Of a DNA stretch of 64,000 nt, positions 12,201 to 27,200 are shown piece after piece. Position 1 is the first letter of the stretch. Each line of letters opens with the position of its first letter. The notes below the pieces were generated by a model. That model saw only the letters and a list, made by a program, of their open reading frames with translations. It ran no database searches and was not told where the DNA came from. This DNA comes from Tubulanus polymorphus (Eukaryota; Animalia; Nemertea): the NCBI RefSeq assembly GCF_964204645.1, contig NC_134029.1, positions 16,424,950-16,488,949 of the forward strand. The letters are read 5' to 3'. The position numbers were made by a program, and so were the translations under genes.

Positions 12201-15200
12201 CCATATGGCTCTGGATCCTTCCTTTCTTATGTCTGGCTCTCTTTTTCGTCTAACTGCTAATCATTCTGTTTTATTATTATCTCTTTGTCGCTATTGATTG
12301 AAATGTGAAAATGTGAAATTGAATATTGGAACAGCTCACACACCACCAGTAGTCCGTAAAAAGTAGCACGTGTCACATTTCACGTACTCATAATCCAGCT
12401 GGACAGCAGTACTAACTGATAATGAATACAACGCACTGTGCTCGTGATATACGTATCCCCTTAATGTTAAATACATCAGAGTATTTTACTGTATGGATGA
12501 TTGTTGTTCCGAATTACCCAGAATTAAGCATTTTGCTTTGTTCCCGTAATTGATATGAGCAAAGAAATTGTTTTGCTTGAACATTTTCCAGTAATGAAAT
12601 GTAAAGTCAATTTTTACGGAATTAGCAATTATTTCGATTTTGTCTGTATTATATACTGTTGGATGAGATAATGCTGTTTAATGTTAACAGATGTATCAAT
12701 AACATTACCATCAACTCCGCTCGGATCCGCTGTGAGATTCCGCAATAATCAGTCTTCAGCAATGAATCAAAGTAACTATGACGATGATGATAACGATGAT
12801 GATGATGATGAGAAGTGCCACCTGGAGGTCACAGGAATGACTTGTGCGTCATGTGTCGCTAATATTGAAAATCATCTAAGAAAAGTTGAAGGTAAGAATT
12901 TCCCTTTTTTCCCTCTAACTGATTGCTTAGATCTGACACCACTTACGGGTCCCCTACCAACGTCTGACTCTTAACTCTCTCCTATAGAGGTTCATTTCTG
13001 TTTTCTGCAGTGTCACCAGGGGTGGATCTAGGGGTAAATCTGAGGGTCTTCTCAGAATTCTAGGGGCATACCTAAAAGAAAAGGGCACTGATAACACACC
13101 GAGCGCAGCACGCAAGGCTAACACTGCTTCAGCGCGAAGCCCTTCCAGGGTCTGAGGCCCCCCAGAAAATTCCATCACTGATTTGAAGCCATTTCCTGCA
13201 TTTTAAGTCATGAAATTGTTTTGCGAGCAACATTTTTTTAGGACACTTAAAAATATTGAGGGTTTTCCAGAAGACCTGTAAAACTCCCTATGTCCGCGCT
13301 TGGCTACCGCAGATGGTACCAAATAAAACATTTGTGCTTAAATAGTCCAAATGATTTCCTTGTTCACTTCAAAAAAATGTGTTTATATTTTTACTGAATA
13401 CCTGTGGTAAGCAGAGAATCTATTGATATGATTTGAATTGAATTTATTTATTGGTACAATCAGGATTTTAAATACAGACTTAATTGATAGAATTTAAATT
13501 AAACATTTGTATTATTCATGATATTTTTTGTTGTTGTTGTTGATACACTTTTTGATTTTAGTTTGGAAATATGAATATAATCTGCCAGTAAGACATCGTC
13601 TTTAATTCATGTCCTAATCCGTCATTTAGCTTCAAATATCAATAATTGAAAGTAATAGGCTCCGTCTTCTTCAACCCTGTTTTGAATCACAATGGTTGAA
13701 TGGTTTAGTCCTATGTGATGTTTTAAATTCCCTCACTATTCATCTCGATTATAGGTATAAAGACAGTACTGGTTGCATTAATGGCGCAGAAAGCTGAAGT
13801 GAAATATGATCCAGCATATATTATACCTTCTCAGATCGCTAATAAAATCAATGAGATTGGATTTAGTGCTGTTGTTATTGATTCTGATACGATTGGTCGG
13901 GGTACTGTTGAAATATCGGTGAGTTTATAGATTCTTAACCTCAAATATTACTTGAAAATTCAAACCAACGAAGCACTCTTGAAGTCATATCAGTAGATTA
14001 ATGGTGTTGTGATTAGTGTACATGTATCAAAGATATTTCATTATTTATAGATCCATGGAATGACTTGCTCGTCTTGCGTGCATCACATTGAATCAACATT
14101 GATGAAAAAACCAGGAATTATTTCGGCATCCGTTGCCCTCGCCACCAGTAAAGGTCGTTTTGTTTACGATTCAGAATTGACTGGACCACGGGATATTATT
14201 GAAATTATTACGGTAATTCGAAAAATACCTATGGAAACCACGGGTAGTAATTTTATTTGGTTAAAAGGTAGAAAAAAGCCATTGTCTGAGAAATGTAAAG
14301 AAAGAGAAAACAATCAAAATCTAATCTTTAATGAAATTTCCCATAAAAAAATGAGCGTGCTAGCGCAGGACTTCAAAACTTTCGATAACTCATCCATTAT
14401 TTTAGGGAAGATCAGTTTCATTATGAATTAATATGTTTGTTGTTAATGTGTTATGTCCATGTTTGAGAACTCAGATCTCCCACCCGCGCCCATGGACGTG
14501 AATTAATTCAGTCCTACTTATAACTAATCTGGTCAGAATTAAAATGGCTGACATCAGAATCAAGATCGCTATCATAAGTCACTATCTAGATTTAGACAAA
14601 AACGTCTGCGTATGGAATGAATTTTAAACAATACTAATAAGCACACACCATACAGGTGGACCAATGATCAGTAGGAAATAATGAACTTCAGTCTGTCATA
14701 TCGTGTGGGGCACGACGATCCTGTCTCTACATGCGTATCGTTTCAGTTACTGGAGTATAGTGTTGCACTACGTTATGAAGCTAGGGTTTTTGATGAAATT
14801 ATAACTCCTCAGGGAGCATGTCGATTGTGCAAAAGTTGCTAGGCTTTGATATCTACATATGTTCTGCAGGGATTGTTGAAATTTGCTGTGCATTTCAAAC
14901 CACTTCCCAAGTGGTATCCACAGTCCTAGACTCTTAGTTTGATGCTTTATTAAACGTCACCGTATAAAATCTAAGCAATGAATACTATTAAGTATCATAT
15001 TAGGTGAGGCAACGAGAAGATTGATGTGTAGAATGTCACAGCTCTGTGTACACATAAACATACTATATGGCGAAATGTTGTTAACAAAGAATATGTATTG
15101 CAAAATGTTTCTTGACAGGACATACAGCCGTGTGCAACGTTTCTAGGTCATCATTACTTAATTGCCACTAGTGGGCGCTACTCACCCGAAAAAGTTCCAT

Positions 15201-18200
15201 TTCCAGGGTATCTCCTAAACACAGCTGATTTGACTATATAGTGGAATCCACATCGGCTAACCAACCATCAGCATTCCATTGTCTCCCCCATCTCATGCAC
15301 ACGTCAATCGATTCGGTGATATATATATTTTATAACACTCTGAACATAGATTTGTGACCTTTTAACAATTGAGAGATACATTTAATTATAGGGCCTGGGT
15401 TTTGATGCAGTTTTGTACACTGAGGAAAAAAATACATTGCAACAAGGTCATAAAAAGGAAATTCGACAGTAAGAGAAAAAACACATGTGCAAAAATATCT
15501 ACAATTATGTTTTAGTGGAAATACTGTATGAACCAAAGTCAATTGTTTTATCATTTCTCTATTAGGTGGCGTAATTCATTTTTGTTTTCTCTGGTATTTG
15601 GCATACCAACTATGATCGTTATGATTGTGTTTATGTTTCTACGACGATTGAATTCATTTCCACATCCTGTCATTGCCGGTAACAATGCCTCATCAACGGA
15701 CCTGCCACCCACACATCATCATCATAACTATAATGAGTATAATATAGTTGCGGGTCTTTCCTTGGAGAATTTGTTAATGTTTCTATTAGCTACACCAGTA
15801 CAGGTAATTACAGTTTAAACTTAAACTACAGTTCATTTTCACTGGATACAGGGCTGTAACAGGTTTGGAGTTTTATTTCAATTTGTACTATTTCAGTTTT
15901 TTGGTGGCAAATACTTCTATATTCAGGCTTATAGAGCCATGCGACATAGAGCTACAAACATGGATGTGTTGATTGTCATGGCAACAACCATAGCATACAG
16001 TTACTCGGTTTTAGTTGTAGTTATATCGATGATTCTACGCACTGATGAAAGTCCAAAAACTTTTTTCGAGACAACACCAATGTTAATGGTGTTTATTTCA
16101 CTGGGTCGATGGCTTGAACATATTGCAAAGGTTTGTATCAGTTTCCTGTCTCTAACCCGAACAGTTTCCCAACAAGTTTACTCAAAAAGTAAATAAACTC
16201 ACTTTGGGTCTCTGAGTAGTGGAGTCACGTGTCACCTACTACCCCTCTTCATGGTTTACAACAAATCTACTCATATTCATGACTGGCCCCTCGTACTTAG
16301 TGTTTTTCAAGGTTTGACAGCAGACGTGTCTTAAGGTAGCATTTACGAAGTTTGCCAAAATTGTTACATTGTTATCACAAAGTTACAAAAAATTTAAAAA
16401 AGGAAATTGAACCCGTTTGGCACTGCCTAAGCAATAATTTGAAACCGTTGAATTTAAAGAGTAGCAATTTAACCATCTATTTATACAATATCTAAATGAA
16501 GAAACTTTTTTCTATTTCAGGGCAAAACATCAGAAGCTTTAACTAAACTAATGTCGCTAAAAGCTACAGATGCAACGCTTATTATTTTAAACAAATCTGG
16601 ATCCGTGATCACTGAAGAAAAGATTAATGTAGATCTGGTGCAGAGAGGGGACCTACTGCGGGTGAGGTTTCATTGTTCAGATTCTGGAAAAGGTTTGATT
16701 GACTACAAGAGATTAATCGTTGATCTTATCTTTGTTGATTGATTTTGATAGGTTTTACCTGGCGAAAAAATTCCAGTTGATGGTCGAGTGAAAGAAGGAA
16801 GTTCAACTTGTGATGAATCATTGATTACTGGAGAATCAATGCCTGTTCCTAAACATCCAGGTTAGTTACACACACTTACGCCCTCCCCTAATCCTGTGTC
16901 ATCTAGAATTCATCAATTTTCAATGATGTTACTCAAATACTAACTCTGTGGCACTTGGTGCAGATTGCTTGCATTCACTTACCACCGTTGTTTGTCCACA
17001 GATAAAATCATGTTATATTAATAAGCTTTCAACATGCATGGATGTATTGTCTTTTTAGCTCCGCGGTGACCGAAGGTCAGCGGAGCTGATGGGTTAGGGG
17101 GATTGCGTCCGTCCGTCCATAGACGGAATCCAGTTATTTTGGGAAGTTTTGAAGACGCTTCAATGTAATGTCTTGATATTTGGTTTATAAATGTATCTAC
17201 CCTAGACACATCTTCAGCCCAAAAACTGGCCCTGTCAGAATCAAGATGGCCGACTGGCAGCCATTGTTGCTCGCCAAAATCGGCACTTTTTACACGTTTT
17301 TGAACTTTTTGAGGGAAATTTTGAAGACGCCTTGATCAATTACCTTGATCTTTCGTATGTATTTGACCCCCCCAGGGCCCATCAGCATAACAAAAATTGG
17401 GTCGATCGGACTCAAGATGGCCGCCCTAGGACCTTTTCAGTGCCCAAAAATGTCAATTTTGGTCCGAATTCCGAGTCCTGTAGCTTCCTACTGATGTGCC
17501 ATTTCTCATTGTAACTGCTGATGGGTATTCTTTGGTAAGGGATGTTTTATACCTGAGACAGGTATTTTTGATCAGCTAACTATGATGCAATTGGCAGCCA
17601 TCTTGGTGTCATCAGTACTCATTCGTAGGTGGGAAAAAGTTTTTTGACTTTATATTGATACCTAAGCATATTTTGTTATGACAATGAAATAGAAAGTTGT
17701 AGCTTATAACGTGTTCTATGATTGTGGTGAGTTTCAAGGTCATTAGTTTTGGTATATGGCCATTAGGGGGCGTTGAATAATACAATATCTTAGTATTTCT
17801 ATATTATATTTGTGCCAATACATATTTTGTTGCCACAATCAATTGCAAAGTTGTAGCTCATGACATTGTCTATGATTGTGGTGACTTTTAAGGAAATTAG
17901 TTATTCTATACCAGGGGGTCACCAGGGGGCGTTGAATAACCTAGTATTTCCTTATTATATTGGTACCTAGACATATTTTGTTACCATGATCAATTGCAAA
18001 GTTGTAGTTCATGACATGTTCTATGATTGTGGTGAGTTTCAAGGTTATTGGGTTTTGAATATGGTCACCAGGGGGCGTTGAATAGTACAATAACTTAGTA
18101 TTTCCATATTAAATTCGTAACAAGGCATATTTTGTTATCACAATCAATTACAAAATTGTAGCTGCTGACACGTTCTATGATTGTGGTGAGTTTCAAGGTC

Positions 18201-21200
18201 ATTGGTTTTTGTATATGGTCCCCAGGGGGCGTTGAATATTGAAATTGTCAGATTGTTGAACATTCGAAACTACTTCCCAAGTGGGCATGGTGTCCTGGAC
18301 CCCTAGTTTTGATTTGTCCCCTAGGGGGCGCGGAGTTTTTATTTCTTCAAATCGCCACTATTCCTACAGTTTTAATCAGATCAATTCCAAATTTGGTATG
18401 AATGTTTCATGGACCAAGGCCTATAAAATTATAGAGCCATTTTTTGGATTCATCCCCCAGGGAGCGCCCCTGGGGGTGGAGTTTCTAATTCTTCAAATGG
18501 CTACTAGACCTACAGTTTTAATCCGATCAATTCCAAATTTAGTATGAATGTTCCATGGACCTAGGCCTATAAAGTGCTGAGCCATTTTTTGGATTCGTCC
18601 ACCAGGGGGGCGCCCCTGGAGATTGAGTTTATATTTCTTCAAATTGCTATTAGTCCTACATTTTTAATCAGATCAAGTCCAAATTTGGTATGAATGTTCT
18701 ATGGACGAATACCTACAAAGAGCCCTTTTTGGATTTGGCCACAAGCGGGCACCCCCTAGGTATGCGGCTTCTATTTCTTCAAATCACACAGCGGAGCTAT
18801 ATAAGCCGATAGGCTCCTTGGTTTATTGGCTGGCGTTAGCGAGCCTATGTCAACAGTCTGGCCGATCGAAAATCATTCGTATGCTTAAAACACTACGCTC
18901 GAAGCTATTTTTAGCACACTCAAACGCAATTTCAGTATCCTGTAATTTCACTGCTAATGGGCGAATTGAACAGATTAAGCAAAAATATATTTCGTAATTG
19001 GTTTTTCTTTATGGTGCGCAAAGTTGAAAGCCGTGGGTTTCATATTTTTTGATAAATTTACCCAAAAGTTTCAAAAATTCGATTTATTTGAGCAGGTTAT
19101 TTTATGCAGCATCTTTAATTTTCCAAAATAACACATGTGAAAATTTAATGTTATTTGCGTCGGAAGAACTTTATATCGCCAAGATCCGACGCTTGGTTCA
19201 GTAGTTATGAGCTTTCAAAGACAAAACCCTTCAAAATCTTGGTTCTATAAAATTGGTGTTGACCCGGTTTTGACTTCCATCATGACGTCATAACATTGAA
19301 CGAGATGGATCAGCTGGTGCACGTTATTTCACAAACAAAATGGCAGCACGATTGAATAGGTTGGTTGATATTCATCATTTCTAGCGCAAATTCTGATATT
19401 CAAGGCATATGATATAACGATTTATTACGTGCGATGTGTTCAATGATTCATCTAGTTTTGATATCCCGTGCATAAGGTAACGTTGCATCAAGATATCTGA
19501 CGAAAATGTGGATTCAAAATGCTGAAATTTACTTCCGTGTTCGCCACACGGCTGATTTACTGATAGCATCAAATTTTTAGAGATGAGTCTGATATTTACA
19601 CGACTGGAATACTTGTTTTATTATCATGAATTGAAGTCTATTAACGTTTGCATTAGCGATCCTTTTTTGGAGCCTGATTATTTGTATTAGTTTGTTAACT
19701 GCGGCACAGTGGAGCGTTCGCGTTGAAAACAGTTGTGTACAGTCGCGTAGGCAATATAGCCTTATAGTCTCGTGTTCACTGTGTGTATGTATCAGTTATA
19801 GAGTATGCGCGCCACGGTGTAGGTCGCGCGTAACAACGATTTGTCTGAGTGAAGATGTAAGCTACTTAAAGCAATCCTATCGTGAAATAATTGAAAATCG
19901 TGCCAGTCGATAAACTTTGTTACATCAATAACCAGCACTGACTGGCCCTAAATTTGAAGAACTTGGGAGCTTCTGTCCTGATTGGTCCGTATGATAAAAA
20001 TGAAAAAACCTCCGATGAAACCCAGGCTCTCACCAAGTTTGTACCGTATCTTGTTGGGTCACTCATAGTTTTAGTTGTTTCACATCATTCAAGGGATGTA
20101 TTACAATTATGAACATTTGTTCAGACAAAAGGCCTATTATCAATTTTTCGAAGATTTCATTCTCGTTAAAAGTCAGTTATCATTAAAAGTTCACACTGAC
20201 CTTTTTAGCCCACTTGGGACTTTAGTCCCAGCGGGCTATTGCGTTCACTTTTCGTCCGTCATCCGTCCGTCCGTCCGTCCGTCCGTCGACGGAATCCAGT
20301 TATTTTGGGAAGTTTTGAAGATGCTTCAAGGTAACGTCTTGATATTTGGGTTACACATGTATCTACCCTAGACACATCTTCAGCCCAAAAACTGGCCCTG
20401 TCAGAATCAAGATGGCCGACTGGCAGCCATTGTTGTTGGCCAAAATCAGCACTTTTTACACATTTTTGAACTTTTTGAGGGAAATTTTGAAGACGCTTTG
20501 ATCAATTACCTTGATCTTTTGGATATATGTGAATCCCCCCAGGGCCCATCAACATAACAAAAATTGGGTTGGTCGGACTCAAGATGGCCGTCCTATGACC
20601 TTTTTAGTGCCCAATAATGTTGATTTTGGCCCGAATTCTGAGTCCTGTAGCTTCCTACTGGTTTGCCATTTCTCATTACAATTTCTGATGGGTGTTCTTT
20701 GGAAAGGGATATTTTATACCTGAGACAGGTATTTTTCATCAGCCAATTATGACGCAATTGGCGGCCATCTTGGTGTCACCAGTACTCATTTGTAAGTGGG
20801 AAAAAGTTTTTCCACATTATATTGATACCTAAGCGTATTTTGCTACCACAATCAATAAGAAAGTTGTAGCTCATAACGTGTTCTATGATTGTGGTGAGTT
20901 TCAAGGTAATTGGAATTTGTATATGGCCACCAGGGGGCGTTGAATAATACAATATCTTAGCATTTCTTTATTATATTCGTACCTATGAATATTTTGTAAC
21001 CACAATCAATTGGAAAGTTGTAGCTCATGACATCATCTATGATTGTTGCGAGTTTTAAGGACATAAGTTTTTCTATATGGTCACCAGGGGGCGTTGAATA
21101 GTAGAATAACTTAGTATTTCCTTATTATATTGGTACCTAGGCATATTTTGTTACCATGATCAATTGCAAAGTTGTAGTTCATGACATGGTATGATTGTGG

Positions 21201-24200
21201 TGAGTTTCGAGGTCATTGGGTTTTGAATATGGTCACCAGGGGGCGTTGAATAGTAGAATGACTTAGTATTTCCATATTAAATTGGTAACGAGGCATATTT
21301 TGTTATCACAATCAATTCCAAATCGTAGCTGCTGACATGTTCTATGATTGTGGTGAGTTTTAAGGTCATTGGTTTTTGTAAATGGTCACCAGGGGGCTTT
21401 GAATATTGAAATTGTTAGATTGTTGAGCATTTGAAACCACTTCCCAAGTGGGCATGGTGTCCCTGGACCCCTAGTTATATTTTTTTTTTCTACCGGGTAG
21501 TTTAATTTTCAATGAAATGATTTTTTGCATACCGGTAGCCTACGTGACAGATTTTTTACTTCACAACAGATTGGCGAGCCACTGGACCATTGGTCCTTTA
21601 TATTTGGTTCATTCATACATTTATCTACCTTAGACACATCTGCAGCCCAAAAATTTGCCCAATTGGAATAAAGATAGCCAACTGGTGTGCCATTGATGTT
21701 TAACAAAATATGTACTTTTTGTGAATTATTTATGAGAAAATTTGACTAATTGTCTTGATACGAAAATGTATTCCCCTAGTATAGTGTCATATCAAAAGAA
21801 AATCAAACATATGTTTTTCTCATGTTCGCTCAAATTATAAATATTTTCATCAACCGGGGTAGCAGCTATGATTGCGTGGAGTTTCAAGGTCATCGGTCTC
21901 TGTATTTGTTCGCCAGGAGGTGTCGAATATTGAAATTGTCAGATTGTGAAGCATTTCGCCAAGTGTGCATGGTGTCTGTGAAGTATTCAGTGTTATTTTG
22001 TTTTTTAGGATTATCAGTAATTGGTGGATCAATTAACCAAAATGGAACTTTACAAATAGAAGCTACTCATGTTGGGGCAGAAAGTGCTTTATCTCAGATA
22101 GTTAAACTTGTAGAAGAAGCTCAGACATCTAAAGCACCGATCCAGCAGTTAGCCGATAGGATTGCTGGATATTTTGTTCCATTAGTCTGTACTGTTTCCC
22201 TTGTTACATTGATAGTTTGGATTATAATCGGATATTCAAATATTCACCGCATAGATCCACTATATATGGTATGTAAAGGTATATATCTACCCTTTTCCTG
22301 ACTCTCATATCAGACTGTTTCCTCATCCCAATCATCTGCATGCCCTCCTCATCTCAACCATCCCAATATCTTCCCTCTCGTGCTCGCCACTCCTTGTCTC
22401 ACTTTATCAAACTGTTGTCTCTGTATTTTCAGGATGATGCAGATTCGATGAATTATCATGAAATTATATTTGAGCATGCATTTAAATTTGCAATAACTGT
22501 ATTATCCATTGCGTGTCCATGCTCATTGGGTTTAGCAACTCCTACAGCAGTGATGGTAGGAACTGGTGTTGGTGCGATAAATGGAATACTCATTAAAGGA
22601 GGAGAACCACTTGAAAATGCTCACAAGGTATCATCAAACGCCTTTCTTCTGAACCCAATTTTAGATAAGAAATATCTTTATAATTTTAGCTATTTAAATT
22701 TTTATTTATTTCTGATAAAAATCACAGATTTTTAAGTTGTAGAGTAGCTTTCCGTAATACAGTTTGAGCATGTTATGTACCGTACTTTCCAATTGATTGC
22801 CAATTAATCTTACAAATTGGCAAAATTTACCGATATAATGATTCAAAACATTTTTTGTCAACAGATTAGCCACAGTAGACTATTGCCTTATGGTGATGGT
22901 TTAGCCCAATGCACATGGCAATACGTACATTTCATCAAAACTGTAAAAAAAACATTTTGAGTAAAAATTTTACGCCCACGCCTAGAAAACTGTTTTTGCC
23001 CCATGGAGTCCATAGTGCAACAATAAACTCAGTTATTCATATCAATTTTTGTGTATATCATGTGATGCCATTCATGCCCCCTGATTGGTTATTGAGCAGT
23101 GGATGTGTTGCTTAACACGAAACATGCAATGCATATGGGACTTCCATGGCACAAAACGTTGTCCACAAATCAATGCTCGTTTGAGAAACACGTTTTTCTG
23201 CGCAGCATTTTCTGACTTTCACTTTAACGCACATGACATATCAAAACGCATCAAAAACTTTTTTCACGAGGTGGAAAAAATGTTTTTTAATTGCCATGTT
23301 TGCATTAGACTTAACCCTTTCAGTACTATGGACGTGCTATGCACGCTTCTACTGCGTCACTTTGTGTGCGGCTGACCTGCAGAGCACGCATATCAGCTAT
23401 TCTTTTCAAATTGACTGTAGCACAACAGCGATCGTTTTGTTTTGAATAGTCAGCACCTTACTAAAAAAACCTTATTAAAATTGTTTTGCAAATCATCAAA
23501 ATCTTGTAGATTGCGCATGCGTTTCAGTGGGAAAATCAAAATAATAACTAAAATTTGAATTTATTTTATTCTGGCGTTCGCTCCATAATATTCCGTTACC
23601 GTACAGTGCTGCGATCTCTCCATAATCATTGTATTTGTTTTTATTTTCGATTTTTAGTGATTTTTCCGGAAAATGATGGTTTTTAGTATGGTTTTTAGTT
23701 TTAAGTTTTATGTCTAAGTTTCATATGTGAAAAATAGATCAATTGCAGTTATTTTTTTAAAAAGTCAAATTTTGACATAAGGGCTCAGCACAGGGCAAAA
23801 ACAGGCCTCAGCAGTTAAAGGGTTAAGGGTTACAGATTTTAGAAGGACATTTGTGAAATAGTTAGTCTATTCGATGTGAGGGTTAGGAATATTTCAAATG
23901 ATTTCGATGCTATTTCGTTACAGGTGAAAAGTATAATATTTGATAAAACAGGGACAGTAACTCATGGTGTTCCAAAGGTTTCCAAGGTTGTATTGTTCGT
24001 TAAAGAAGCGCTTTGTTCATTGAATCAATTATTGGCTGTAGCGGGAACTGCGGAAACTAGCTCAGAACATCCTATTGCTACAGCAATTGTAACGTATGTT
24101 AAACAAGTAAGTTGATTACTGGTGGACAGGGCTATCCATGATGTCCATGGTGGGGTGGTTATGGTCAAATTGTGTATGGTGAGGTTTGGGGCAGGCAAGA

Positions 24201-27200
24201 TTTCTACCCCTACTTAGAATAGAGTACATCAGCCATCTTGAATTTCTTGTTAGCACGAAACAGCTGGCAGTTCCTGATGGATTTCCTGATGCTCTACCAG
24301 GCACCGGGTGGCCTTCAATACCGTGCACCATGAAAGGCCCAATATCGTTGTTTCCCAGCTATATTCCTACTATTGTTTTAGTATCTATAAATGTATCCAA
24401 GCAACTTTTTCCAAATCCTTATGACCAATTCTCTCTTAAGGAAATTATCTTTGTTGCAGGGGGTATTGGGCTCACCTCCCGCAAACATTTTGAGTTTCCA
24501 CTTCCTCATTGATCACAGTCTCAATAGCTAAGTAAAAAATTTTGAAACTTTTATGTATTTCAGACATTAAATGTTGAAACATTAGGAAAGACGTCTGATT
24601 TTACAGCTATTCCTGGCTGCGGCTTGAAATGTACCGTTTCCAATATTGAAAAAATTCTCAGTTCCAAAGATTTAGACGAAATCAAAAATCCTCAGAATCT
24701 ATCAGCTAAACGTATCAACAATTCACTACTTATTGGTAAGTATCCACTATCTTTCTTTACGTACAGTATATCCTAACTTAACAACACAAACAGCATAGGA
24801 CATTATTTGATTGATTCTATGATTGTAGGTAGCAGTACTACAGCTCCCTTTTCTGATGAGTATGATGTATTAATTGGAAACCGTGAATGGATGATAAGAA
24901 ATGGAATCTCAGTTACTGAAGATATGGATAGAATAATGAGTGATCAGGAAGAACTCGGTGAAACAGCTGTTCTATGTGCTGTTCACAGTAAGCACCTCTT
25001 CTGGTCGCTGTTCCAAGCTACAGTCAACCTTGCATAAGTCGTACAAGTTGGGCCAATCAGATTTATTCAATTTGCATGATGTGCTACTCGCGTAATATCC
25101 TTCAATAATGACATCGGCTGTTGCATAGCCACCAATCATGTTTAATTCATAGACTTTACTTTCATACACTCAGTATATCTTTCATCATATTTAAATGAAA
25201 CTTGATAAATGTATAAGGTAGAGTGTGAACTTGTGCACATACAATTTATTTCCATTAGATTTAGGGATTGCCCCACTGGCAGCCTTCTGTCTTCGTAGTG
25301 CATCAATTACTATCACCTCCCTATAACCATGTCGCGTATAGCTTTCAACTCACTGCAAATACAAATGATTTAAACATTACCCTGTGTGTTAGTACAGTTC
25401 CTCCAGTTTGAGTTTCAATCTCATCTCATGTTCGGTTTCAATCTCAATTAGCCAAAATCAGCAGATTTTTGCAATTAATATAAGCCATTTGAAATTTCAT
25501 TTTACAACCAAATGGCTGTTAGTTGAGTGATATTCTAGATACCGTAAAAACCGGCGTATAAGTCGAGTTTTTAACCCTTGATTTTACCACTCAATTATTG
25601 ACCTCGACTTATACGCCGAGTACAGTTTTCTACTAAGTATTTTCAGGTCACAAGAAATATTGATTCTACCAGACAAGAAAATAGTGTTCATCTTCTCACT
25701 GCTATAACAGTTTGAATAATTATTCATGATAAAGTTATTTAATGAAAAAAACTTCTTTCATTTTGACATAGCTTCATTTAAAACGATGTATTCATATATG
25801 CGCGCTCATAGCAGCGCTTAATACATTAGGCTATATATAGCGTGTGCCTCACAATACTGTCTCACTGGTAGTGTATTATACCTGAGTGTGTGTGTAACAG
25901 TCTAGTGATTAACACACAGCAGCAATCAGGCTGATGCGCGGCGGCGTGCGTGAAGGCGCACATCGTTATGAAAACAAACTATTCAATATAATGATACAAG
26001 TAATTATTCTTCTAAGAGAAGGGACTTAGGAGCCGGATATATCTTAAAATCATGAAATGTAGGTCTAAAAATTGACCTCGACTTATACGCCGCGTAGACT
26101 TATACGCCGGTTTTTACGGTATGTAAATCTGGCTGATTCTAGTAATCTATATTTTATAGGTAATATAGTAGCTATGTTATCAGTAGCCGATACAGTGAAA
26201 CCCGAAGCACATTTAGCTGTTTATACACTAAAACAGATGGGCTTAACTGTTGCTTTACTTACTGGGGACAACCAGAGAACTGCTAAAGCTATTGCTAGAC
26301 AGGTTTGAATCCACGTTTCATAAATCTATCATTTTCTCGAGTAACGGGACGTCAATGTTAATGAGTTTTTTTGGTTTTTTATAGGTAGGAATCACTAAGG
26401 TGTACGCAGAGGTTTTACCATCACATAAGGTAGCTAAAGTGAGACAGTTGCAAGCAGCTGGGTACTGCGTTGCTATGGTTGGTGATGGTATTAACGATTC
26501 CCCGGCTTTAGCTCAAGCTGATGTCGGTATCGCTATCGGAACGGGTACTGATGTTGCTGTAGAAGCAGCTGATGTTGTTCTAATTCGAGTAAGTTCATAT
26601 TCATAACCTAATTGCATGCAGCAATGCTGAGCATGAGTGAAAATTTGTATAATCGTTTTCTATTGAAACCAAGTTTAGGAGGATGCTACCTCCCTTAAAC
26701 TTGAATTGGAATTGAATCGCTCTTTTTAAAAAAGTGTTTATAATTACAGAATGATCTGTTGGATGTTGTGTCAGCGATGTTACTTTCCAAAAAAACTGTT
26801 AAACGAATTCGCGTTAATTTTGTCGCTGCAACTATATACAACTTCATTGGTATACCAGTAGCCGCAGGTTAGTATCCTTATTCGACCTCTACTACCAGCA
26901 GAGCTGGAAAATTTTCCCCAATTTTTTTACTATTTATACCATAAAAAGAAAGGTGTAAGTGAAGGTCTTGCCCTTAATTTGAACGTTCTCTATATTATTT
27001 GTGAAAATGTTCAAACTTGTTACTAATAGCACTTACTAGAGGTTAGCAGCGCCCTCTACCTGCGTGCAGCTGTAACTGTTAATTGTTTATATTGTAGGTG
27101 TATTGATGCCAATTGGTATAGAGCTAATGCCATGGATGGCTTCAGCTGCAATGGCTGCATCCTCCGTATCTGTCGTTTGTTCATCTCTTCTTCTTAAATT

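Noticed and set aside
17700-21410. Regularly spaced CACCAGGGGGCGTTGAATA motifs as a CRISPR-like array
   Set aside because: The intervening sequences are homologous to each other (about 120-bp tandem units within HINEs), the context is eukaryotic, and there are no cas genes.
26872-26879. GTATCCTT U12-type donor 4 nt inside an ATP7 intron
   Set aside because: No frame-compatible acceptor; the ordinary donor at 26868 gives the conserved protein.
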